Below, piece by piece: positions 1 through 5,461 of a DNA stretch of 5,577 nt. Source of the stretch: Candidatus Caldarchaeales archaeon (GTDB lineage Archaea; Thermoproteota; Nitrososphaeria_A; Caldarchaeales; Calditenuaceae); NCBI GenBank assembly GCA_032249095.1, contig JAVVGN010000110.1, positions 1 to 5,577 of the forward strand, in the 5' to 3' direction. The notes beneath the pieces were generated by a model. That model was not told the DNA's origin. It saw only the letters and a list, made by a program, of their open reading frames with translations, and ran no database searches. The translations under genes were made by a program, and so were the position numbers. The first letter of the stretch is position 1; each line of letters opens with the position of its first letter.

Positions 1-110
1 AGCAGATACGGCTAGAGAACTACGTCAAGAGAACCACTAGGATGCCTACCCCTCCCCCCCATCCATTTCCCAGCAAACACCCCCACACTTATCTTATCAA
101 TTTTAACTAA
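1..110 (+). CDS. Window-truncated 3' end (last ~35 codons) of a paralog of the HTH-LAGLIDADG gene at 4445-5458
   Basis: The frame starting at nt 3 reads QIRLENYVKRTTRMPTPPPHPFPSKHPHTYLINFN* with TAA at 108-110. Nt 10-38 match 3521-3549 at 28/29 positions. The tail shares the C-rich core and the TAACTAA heptamer with the other two copies. It is convergent with and 3 nt away from tRNA-Met. The upstream part is not visible, so intactness is unknown. A C7 run versus C5 in the other copies shifts the tail frame. Confidence 0.6.
   Translation, partial: QIRLENYVKRTTRMPTPPPHPFPSKHPHTYLINFN
45..71 (+). repeat. Conserved C-rich core of the LAGLIDADG-gene 3' module (copy 1): CCTACCCCTCCCCCCCATCCATTTCCC
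   Basis: Hand alignment with 3556-3580 and the reverse complement of 4585-4609. It differs by a longer C run (7 vs 5) and AT vs AA. Confidence 0.7.
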
Positions 111-113
111 AAT

Positions 114-190
114 TGGTGCCGGCGGTGGGACTCGAACCCACGGCGACGGGATTATGAGTCCCGCGCTCTGCCAGCCTGAGCTACGCCGGC
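114..190 (-). tRNA. tRNA with anticodon CAT (elongator Met or Ile2/agmatidine type), 3' CCA encoded
   Basis: The reverse complement folds as a cloverleaf: GCCGGCG TA GCTC AGGCTGGCA GAGC G CGGGA CTCATAA TCCCG TCGCC GTGGG TTCGAGT CCCAC CGCCGGC A CCA. All stems are Watson-Crick. It has G1-C72, not the A1-U72 of archaeal initiators. Confidence 0.9.
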
Positions 191-360
191 ACTCTGGCCA
201 GATAAAACCGCACCGCCGGCGATACAACTATTCTTTGAGGCAGTATTAATCTTTGACCTCGGGGACCCTTCACAAGGCCGCCTAGCGCCTACTAAAGCCG
301 CGTCACCGAAGATAAAGATGGCGCTGAGTCCTAGGGCCGATTTCGCTGATCCCACGATGA

Positions 361-708
361 TTAGCGGGTTCTTGACGCGTCGCGGAGGAGAGTTCCAAGC
401 TCCTGCGCGTCATAGAGGCTCCCATGGACCTTGATTCTCCCCATGAAGAAGAGCTGGGTCGCGTCCGCTACCCCGTATATGACGCTTGCAAGATCCTCAT
501 CCGTTGCAATTATCGTTGCGACGGGGTCCTGAGCCTCACCCTCCTCAACGCTGAGGGACCCTCTCACGATCTTTAGCTGGAACGGCTGAGCGTTGATCGG
601 TCTGAACTGATAGGTCTTAACCATTCTCGATGTTCGGGCCTTGAGAAGCTCATCCTGCGAGGCCTTAGAGATAAGCTCTCGAAGAGCCTCAAAAGATTTA
701 GAGGCCAT
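361..708 (-). CDS. SCP2 (sterol carrier protein 2-like) domain protein, 115 aa
   Basis: The C-terminal half, ATIIATDEDLASVIYGVADATQLFFMGRIKVHGSLYDAQELGTLL, fits the SCP2 signature (xxDxDfxxlxxGkxxxxxAFmxGklkikGdmxxaxkl). I prefer the ATG at 708 over the TTG at 711 used in the ORF track. The stop is TAA at 361-363. Confidence 0.7.
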   Translation of the reverse strand: MASKSFEALRELISKASQDELLKARTSRMVKTYQFRPINAQPFQLKIVRGSLSVEEGEAQDPVATIIATDEDLASVIYGVADATQLFFMGRIKVHGSLYDAQELGTLLRDASRTR

Positions 709-730
709 CAAGTTGGAGAATTAGAGCCGG

Positions 731-738
731 TTATATAT
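731..738 (-). promoter_or_regulatory. TATA box (ATATATAA on the minus strand) for the SCP2-like gene
   Basis: The A/T octamer is centred about 26-27 nt upstream of the ATG at 708. This spacing fits an archaeal promoter producing a leaderless mRNA. Confidence 0.4.
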
Positions 739-781
739 CTTTTGAGGCGGGTCTCCTCTGTCCAGGCTCTCCAGTTAATGG

Positions 782-788
782 TTTTAAA
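782..788 (+). promoter_or_regulatory. TATA box (TTTTAAA) for argG
   Basis: It is centred about 29 nt upstream of the ATG at 815, consistent with a leaderless or very short-leader archaeal transcript. It is divergent from the SCP2 promoter. Confidence 0.4.
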
Positions 789-814
789 CAGGGATAGACG
801 CTTCAAGGCTTGAT

Positions 815-2011
815 ATGAAGGTAGCTCTCGCGTACAGCGGCGGGCTGGACACAACAGTCTCGATACCATGGCTGAAGGAGAAGTATGGCGCCGAGGTGAT
901 CACGGTTACAGTGGATGTAGGCCAAGATGAGGATTTTTCCGCGATCGAGGAGAGGGCCTTGTCGGCTGGAGCCTCGAAACACTATTTCATAGACGCGAGG
1001 CGTGAATTCGTAGAGAACTACATAAAGCCCTGTATAATGGCTAACGGACTCTACGAGGATGAATACCCACTTGGGACCGCATTAGCGAGGCCGCTCATAG
1101 CAACTAAGACTGTCGAGGTTGCGTTGAAGGAGGGGTGCGACGCGGTGGCGCACGGATGCACAGGTAAGGGAAACGACCAGCTGAGATTTGACACAACCAT
1201 CTCGGTCCTCTCACCCGAGCTTAGAATCATAGCGCCGATAAGGGAGTGGGACCTCTCGAGAGACCAAGAGATCGAGTACGCGAAAAAGAAAAACCTCAAG
1301 CTGGACTTTAGGATAAGCAGGTTCAGCATCGACGAGAACCTATGGAGCAGGTCGATCGAGGCCGCCGAACTAGAGGACCCATGGGTCAGACCGCCCCCCG
1401 AGGCTTTCAAGTACGTTGCCGACCCGGTCAGCGCCCCTGATAGGCCGGAACTCGTCGAGATAGAGTTCGAGCGGGGCGTGCCAGTTGCCCTGAACGGCGT
1501 CGAGAAGAGCCTCATAGAAATAGTTAGGGAGCTGAACGTGTTGGGAGGTAGGGCAGGCTTCGGCATAATCGACCACATAGAGGACAGGGCCGTCGGAATC
1601 AAGTCGAGGGAGATTTACGAGGCCCCCGCCGCCTTGCTACTGATTAGGGCGCATAAAGACCTTGAGAAACTGACTCTCAACGGGAAAACGATCGGTTTTA
1701 AGCGGCTAGTCGACCAGAGGTGGTCGGAGCTAGTATACTACGGCTTTTGGTACGACCCGCTCATGGAGGCCCTAAACTCTTTTATCGAGACAACGCAGAG
1801 AAACGTTACTGGGAAAGTTAGAGTCGAGCTTTACAAGGGGTCAGCGAGAATAGTTGGCCGCACCTCTGAAAATCCGCTCTATTCGCGCGAACTCGCAACA
1901 TATGCGGCTGGCAGCGCCTTCCAGCAGAAGGCTGGTGAAGGATTCAGCAAGATCTGGGGCCTCGAGACCGTGATAAGCGCATCGGCGTGGAGGAGGCTGA
2001 GAGGGCGCTAG
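815..2011 (+). CDS. argG: Argininosuccinate synthase
   Basis: 398 aa. The N-terminal MKVALAYSGGLDTT is the SGGxDT ATP-pyrophosphatase motif. It also has the GCTGKGNDQLRF and IKSREIYEAPAA blocks typical of ArgG. The length is canonical. Confidence 0.95.
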   Translation: MKVALAYSGGLDTTVSIPWLKEKYGAEVITVTVDVGQDEDFSAIEERALSAGASKHYFIDARREFVENYIKPCIMANGLYEDEYPLGTALARPLIATKTVEVALKEGCDAVAHGCTGKGNDQLRFDTTISVLSPELRIIAPIREWDLSRDQEIEYAKKKNLKLDFRISRFSIDENLWSRSIEAAELEDPWVRPPPEAFKYVADPVSAPDRPELVEIEFERGVPVALNGVEKSLIEIVRELNVLGGRAGFGIIDHIEDRAVGIKSREIYEAPAALLLIRAHKDLEKLTLNGKTIGFKRLVDQRWSELVYYGFWYDPLMEALNSFIETTQRNVTGKVRVELYKGSARIVGRTSENPLYSRELATYAAGSAFQQKAGEGFSKIWGLETVISASAWRRLRGR

Positions 2012-2988
2012 ACGGACGTGACCTCCCTTCTCAGCCCCTCGTGGGGGATCTTGACGACCTCCACTTTGAACTTGCCAGAAATTGCTTTAGCGACCTCGTG
2101 CGACTTGTTTTCAGCGGCTATAGCTACCACGTATCCGCCGCCACCAGCGCCCGTGAGCTTCGCTCCTAGCGCGCCGCTCTTGACCGCCGTCTCTACCGCG
2201 AGGTCCAGCTGCTTGTTCGAGACGCCGATAACTCGCAGGAGATCGTGAGAAAGTAGGAAGAGGGTTCCAACCCTCTCAAGCCTCCTATTAGTTAATGCAA
2301 GCTCAAGCTCATTACAAATCTCGTCGTTCACGGCAAGGAGTCTGTCAAAGATGCCGACGAACTGGTCCCTCAACGCGGCTACCCGCCTAACCACCTCGCC
2401 GGTCCGCCTCCCCCTCTCCGTGCTTATCAGAAGCAACTCCATGCTACCCTCAATCGGGATCTGGCGCGGTTTCTCGCCACGGATAAAGCTGATGACCCCA
2501 CCGTTTAGGGAAGCCGCGATGTCTATCCCGGAGGCCCTGAAGTGGATCGAGGACTCAGACACCGAGGCTAGCTCCATAACCTCGGACTGGGAGGGCTCGA
2601 TATTCAGGGCCGCCAAGCATGCCGACGCCGCCGCAAGCGAGACAGACGCGGAGGACCCAAGCCCCATGCCTCTCGGAATCTCTGACTTAATCCGGAGCGA
2701 GAACCCCTTGGCACCATATCTCTCCACAACTTGGTCAAGCATGGCCTTCAAAGGTCTGAGCCTACGTGGTGCCGACTTATCGGAACTTTTGACCACCTTG
2801 TCGCCCTTCCATACACATGAATAGTTGGTGTCAAGAGAATCGATAGAGATCAGTCCATCACCCCGCACAATAGCCGTCGCATAAGCACGCTTCGGAATAG
2901 CACAGGCAATCGCGCGCCCCCTATAGACCACAAAATGCTCTCCACACAGGATAACTTTAGCGGGTGACGAGTAAGTCGCCGCCTCCAT
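2008..2988 (-). CDS. mvk: Mevalonate kinase (GHMP kinase family)
   Basis: 326 aa. Motif 1 is AKVILCGEHFVVYRG, GHMP motif 2 is PRGMGLGSSASVSLAAA, and motif 3 is KLTGAGGGGYVVAI. The GEHxVV motif favours mevalonate kinase over other GHMP kinases. Confidence 0.85.
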   Translation of the reverse strand: MEAATYSSPAKVILCGEHFVVYRGRAIACAIPKRAYATAIVRGDGLISIDSLDTNYSCVWKGDKVVKSSDKSAPRRLRPLKAMLDQVVERYGAKGFSLRIKSEIPRGMGLGSSASVSLAAASACLAALNIEPSQSEVMELASVSESSIHFRASGIDIAASLNGGVISFIRGEKPRQIPIEGSMELLLISTERGRRTGEVVRRVAALRDQFVGIFDRLLAVNDEICNELELALTNRRLERVGTLFLLSHDLLRVIGVSNKQLDLAVETAVKSGALGAKLTGAGGGGYVVAIAAENKSHEVAKAISGKFKVEVVKIPHEGLRREVTSV

Positions 2989-3021
2989 CCACGACTCCTT
3001 GATAAAGTTTGATTAAGACAC

Positions 3022-3029
3022 TATTTAAA
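3022..3029 (-). promoter_or_regulatory. TATA box (TTTAAATA on the minus strand) for mvk
   Basis: It is centred about 38 nt upstream of the ATG at 2988. The predicted TSS near 2999 leaves a short leader AAGGAGTCGTGG containing GGAG. Confidence 0.45.
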
Positions 3030-3270
3030 CCCCCTTAGCCACCGCCCCGAGCTCGGATACTTGCAACCGCAGAGCCATAATCTTTTTCGCTCTTAATCCA
3101 TTGTTTGTTGGTGGGTTCTGTTGTTTTGCTTTTATTTAAGCTCTTCCCATTTATAAGCTTTAAATCGCAAGAGGGTGGACTGAGGAGGCTATTTATCAGC
3201 ATAATCAGCGACGGTATTACCATGCATTGACAGATGGGGAAAACCTATAAACACCAACACAAAATGGATT

Positions 3271-3621
3271 AAGAGCGAACCCATTATTTGGACACTACCC
3301 GACCTAAGACTACTCACATATATCATGGATCTTCTTAGGAGACTGGGTATAGAGTCAACGGGGCCAATGCTCAAAGCCCGACGAGGAACTATATTCTATG
3401 ATCCTAGGATGGGGAAGAAATACACGCATAACAAGGATGTATATGTGATCTATATTCGAGTCAGCAGTAACATAAACTTCTACAGATACGTGGGCTTCAC
3501 CATTACTAGGAAGCAGGCGTGGCTAGAGAACTACGTCAAGAGAAACACTATTACACCTGCCCCTCCCCCAACCATTTCCCATCCAGCATACCTAAACACG
3601 ACTCTAACTAACAATAACTAA
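3271..3621 (+). pseudogene. 5'-truncated remnant (C-terminal ~110 codons) of the HTH-LAGLIDADG family
   Basis: The translation ...LRLLTYIMDLLRRLGIESTGP...YIRVSSNINFYRYVGFTITRKQAWLENYVKRNTITPAPPPTIS... aligns colinearly, without gaps, with residues ~198-291 of the 4445-5458 protein, at roughly 60% identity by eye. The HTH and both LAGLIDADG motifs are missing. The frame is open from 3205, but the first ATG is at 3325. A TAA TAG double stop lies at 3619-3624, flush against tRNA-Gly. Confidence 0.7.
3556..3580 (+). repeat. Conserved C-rich core of the LAGLIDADG-gene 3' module (copy 2): CCTGCCCCTCCCCCAACCATTTCCC
   Basis: 24/25 nt identical to the reverse complement of 4585-4609, while the surrounding coding DNA is only about 70% identical by eye. 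Confidence 0.75.
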
Positions 3622-3624
3622 TAG

Positions 3625-3699
3625 TGCGGCCGCCGGGATTTGAACCCGGGTATTGGGCTCGGAAAGCCCACGTCCTAGTCCAGGCTAGACCACGGCCGC
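3625..3699 (-). tRNA. tRNA-Gly (anticodon TCC)
   Basis: The reverse complement folds as GCGGCCG TG GTCT AGCCTGGACTA GGAC G TGGGC TTTCCGA GCCCA ATAC CCGGG TTCAAAT CCCGG CGGCCGC A. The discriminator is A73, no CCA is encoded, and there is no intron. Confidence 0.9.
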
Positions 3700-3969
3700 A
3701 TCGGTACGTTGGCTTCTTTTGAGGAGGTCCTCTCTCCCATCGTGAGGGTCGTTTTTGGGTCAACGTTCATTAGTGTGAGGCGATCTTATAGACTTTTGGA
3801 TCCTGAAGCCCGAGGAGACAGCTCGCCCGATAGGTGGTGTATTAAGCGGTTCCTCGAGGTAAAGAAGTGTGGGGATGAGCGGCCCTCATTTTAACGTTGC
3901 GCTGGATTTGGATGGCTTGTGAGGCCGAGGCCATCACCTTTTTGTGTTGCCTGATGAGTTGTTGGGTGT

Positions 3970-4398
3970 ATGATCCAGTTTATCAGAGTTGAGGTGGCTT
4001 TGGCGCTGCTGGCTTTCCTCTGTATTGGGATGACGGATTTCGTCCGGAAGAAGGCTTCTCTGGAGGGCGCGCATCCGCTCGGGTATCTGCTTGTGGAGTC
4101 TTTTGTCGTCATAGCGGTCATATCAGTCGCCTCCTTCCTATTCGAGAGGGGTGAGCCGCAGCTTTGGAGGGCCTCCATTCCCTATGCTCTGCTGAGCGGG
4201 CTGACCATCTCTCTAGGGCTTATCGCGTTGATGAGCGGGCTTAGGATAGGTCAGGGAAGTGTCGTGATACCGATATCGAGGCTTGGCCTAGCCCTCGCAG
4301 CAATTATGAGTCTCTTCTTCTTCGGCGAGGCGGTTACTTTGACGAAGATCCTGGGTGTTGCGTTCGCCGTGATGGCGGTCATTCTCCTTTCCAGCTAA
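3970..4398 (+). CDS. Single EamA-domain membrane protein (DMT superfamily, half-size transporter)
   Basis: 142 aa with five hydrophobic segments. The C-terminal GSVVIPISRLGLALAAIMSLFFFGEAVTLTKILGVAFAVMAVILLS matches the EamA pattern (as.v.pl..l.pv.a.l.g.lflgE.lt..q.lG..li..gv.ll). Confidence 0.7.
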   Translation: MIQFIRVEVALALLAFLCIGMTDFVRKKASLEGAHPLGYLLVESFVVIAVISVASFLFERGEPQLWRASIPYALLSGLTISLGLIALMSGLRIGQGSVVIPISRLGLALAAIMSLFFFGEAVTLTKILGVAFAVMAVILLSS

Positions 4399-4444
4399 AT
4401 CTCGGAGACATGGGCGGACCGCAGGACAGAGGGCCGGCTTAAAC

Positions 4445-4452
4445 CTAAATTA
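4445..4452 (+). promoter_or_regulatory. Candidate TATA box (CTAAATTA) for tRNA-Thr
   Basis: It is centred about 28 nt upstream of the mature tRNA 5' end at 4477. It is the only A/T block in the 78-nt spacer. Confidence 0.35.
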
Positions 4453-5458
4453 GTCCTTGACGAGTTTTTGACGGGTGCCTCGGTAGCTCAGACTGGTAGA
4501 GCACCGGCTTGGTAAGCCGGGGGTCGCGGGTTCGAGTCCCGCCCGAGGCTATATTAGTTATTATTTTGAGTATGTTGAGTGTGGGGGAAATGGTTGGGGG
4601 AGGGGTAGGTTTTCTAGTGGTTCTCCTGATGTACTCTTCTAGGCGTTGTTGTTTTCTCTTTATTGTGAATCCGATGTATTTGTAGAAGTTTGCGTTACTA
4701 CTGGCTCGAATATAGGTATAGTAGCAATCCTTTTTAGCCATGTATTGCTTCCCCGTCCTCGGATCATTGATTACAGTTCCCCGTTGGAAAGCAATTCTTG
4801 GCCCAGTTAACTCTATGCCGAGTCTCCTAAGAAGCTCATTGATATATATGAGTCGCTTAATGTTGGTGTTGGTGATATATATGTAACCATGTTTGTCGAC
4901 GCTTCCTTCCGAGTCCGCGAAGCCCCTGATGAAAGCCGCCACGCACCTCTCACAGTGCTCTATGTATCTCCTCAGCCTGTCGAGGTCAACTGGCTTTCTT
5001 AGGAGTTCGTATAGCGTCTGTGACCTAACTTCCACGACATACCTACCCGAAGATTTCACGTATCTTGGCCTTATTGGTCTCCTGCCCAGAACCTTTGCAA
5101 GACATCTGCCAAACTCCTCTACAAACTCCCTATCTTTAGCCTCAAGACATATTATGACGTCGTTGTAGCCTTTGCGGACGCGGCTTTTCTTCCCAACGCA
5201 TCCATCGCCTAGGACCACGCCGATCACGTACGCCAACTCCTCTGAAGGCTTCAACAATTCTAGTGAAGGTATCCGTCTACCATTGTATGGGCTATGCATC
5301 CCACGTAGCCACTCACTTATCGACGACTTGGAGATCCTGACTCCGTATCTTCGATAGATCTCCCCGATGATCCCTCTATATGTCAGACCGCGTCTCCGAA
5401 GAACAACGACATCATTGTACAGCTTTATTCTAAGCTCTCGTGGCAGGCATCTCCTCAC
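4445..5458 (-). CDS. HTH domain + two-motif LAGLIDADG homing endonuclease-like protein (full-length family member)
   Basis: Motif 1 is LAYVIGVVLGDGCV (D85). Motif 2 is VAAFIRGFADSEGSV (E184), about 99 residues later, giving the D/E pair and spacing seen in monomeric archaeal enzymes such as I-DmoI. The N-terminal ~70 aa look like a helix-turn-helix (GLTYRGIIGEIYRRYGVRISKSSISEWLRG). The start is GTG at 5458, preceded by GGAGGTG (5465-5471) with 6-nt spacing. About 303 codons lie outside the tRNA. The last 34 codons (4445-4550) are antisense to tRNA-Thr and are probably not a genuine part of the ancestral protein. Confidence 0.85.
   Translation of the reverse strand: MRRCLPRELRIKLYNDVVVLRRRGLTYRGIIGEIYRRYGVRISKSSISEWLRGMHSPYNGRRIPSLELLKPSEELAYVIGVVLGDGCVGKKSRVRKGYNDVIICLEAKDREFVEEFGRCLAKVLGRRPIRPRYVKSSGRYVVEVRSQTLYELLRKPVDLDRLRRYIEHCERCVAAFIRGFADSEGSVDKHGYIYITNTNIKRLIYINELLRRLGIELTGPRIAFQRGTVINDPRTGKQYMAKKDCYYTYIRASSNANFYKYIGFTIKRKQQRLEEYIRRTTRKPTPPPTISPTLNILKIITNIASGGTRTRDPRLTKPVLYQSELPRHPSKTRQGLI
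4477..4550 (+). tRNA. tRNA-Thr (anticodon GGT)
   Basis: Cloverleaf: GCCTCGG TA GCTC AGACTGGTA GAGC A CCGGC TTGGTAA GCCGG GGGTC GCGGG TTCGAGT CCCGC CCGAGGC T. All stems are Watson-Crick, no CCA is encoded, and there is no intron. Confidence 0.9.
4554..4567 (+). terminator. T-rich tract (TTAGTTATTATTTT) directly downstream of tRNA-Thr, a likely oligo-T termination signal
   Basis: Archaeal RNA polymerase terminates at oligo-T. The TTAGTTA heptamer recurs 3 nt after the other two tRNAs, at 104-110 and 3615-3621 on their strands. It doubles as the stop-codon region of the convergent LAGLIDADG genes. Confidence 0.35.
4585..4609 (-). repeat. Conserved C-rich core of the LAGLIDADG-gene 3' module (copy 3): CCTACCCCTCCCCCAACCATTTCCC on the minus strand
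   Basis: The plus strand reads GGGAAATGGTTGGGGGAGGGGTAGG. This aligns with 45-71 and 3556-3580. Confidence 0.75.
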
Positions 5459-5461
5459 TTA

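Larger units (their letters stand above)
4551..5461 (-). mobile_element. Putative free-standing homing-endonuclease gene cassette wedged between an upstream gene's stop codon and the 3' end of tRNA-Thr
   Basis: There is no intergenic space at either end: TAG-TAA-GTG at 5464-5456 and 3 nt to the tRNA at 4550. Three paralogs occupy the same type of site. One copy is degenerate. The 3' half is visibly more A/T-rich than the neighbouring housekeeping genes by eye. Mobility itself is inferred, not shown. Confidence 0.4.

Noticed and set aside
12-355. Minus-strand ORFs 12-227 and 152-355 from the ORF track
   Set aside because: Both run through or antisense to the tRNA-Met gene and the LAGLIDADG 3' module. 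They are Arg/Gly/Pro-rich translations of GC-rich structured DNA with no recognisable motifs.
330-360. C/D-box sRNA-like elements (CTGA at 324-327 and 338-341, GATGA at 354-358; also CTGATGA at 3951-3957)
   Set aside because: Box order and spacing are wrong. The D-like boxes precede the C-like box, no matching C'/D' pair or terminal stem is present, and the 3951 motif has no downstream CTGA at an appropriate distance.
709-711. TTG start used by the ORF track for the SCP2-like gene
   Set aside because: An ATG follows immediately at 706-708 and fits the TATA-to-start spacing for a leaderless mRNA.
1051-1602. Minus-strand ORFs 1051-1602 and 1370-1576 inside argG
   Set aside because: They are antisense shadow ORFs of a confidently identified gene, with Ser-rich low-complexity translations.
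1987-2824. Plus-strand ORFs 1987-2169, 2018-2248 and 2351-2824
   Set aside because: They are antisense to mevalonate kinase, whose three GHMP motifs are unambiguous. The compositions are Ser/Pro/Thr-rich and non-protein-like.
3035-3374. Minus-strand ORFs 3035-3223 and 3189-3374 in the A/T-rich spacer
   Set aside because: One lies in low-complexity T/G-skewed DNA that contains the mvk promoter region. The other is antisense to the LAGLIDADG remnant. Neither has motifs or plausible start context.
3891-4178. Minus-strand ORF 3891-4178
   Set aside because: It overlaps the EamA-domain gene antisense. The EamA reading has clear transmembrane periodicity and a family signature, and this ORF has neither.
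114-4550. tRNA introns, split or permuted tRNAs, as known from some Crenarchaeota
   Set aside because: All three genes fold as complete canonical cloverleaves with 7-nt anticodon loops and no insertions.
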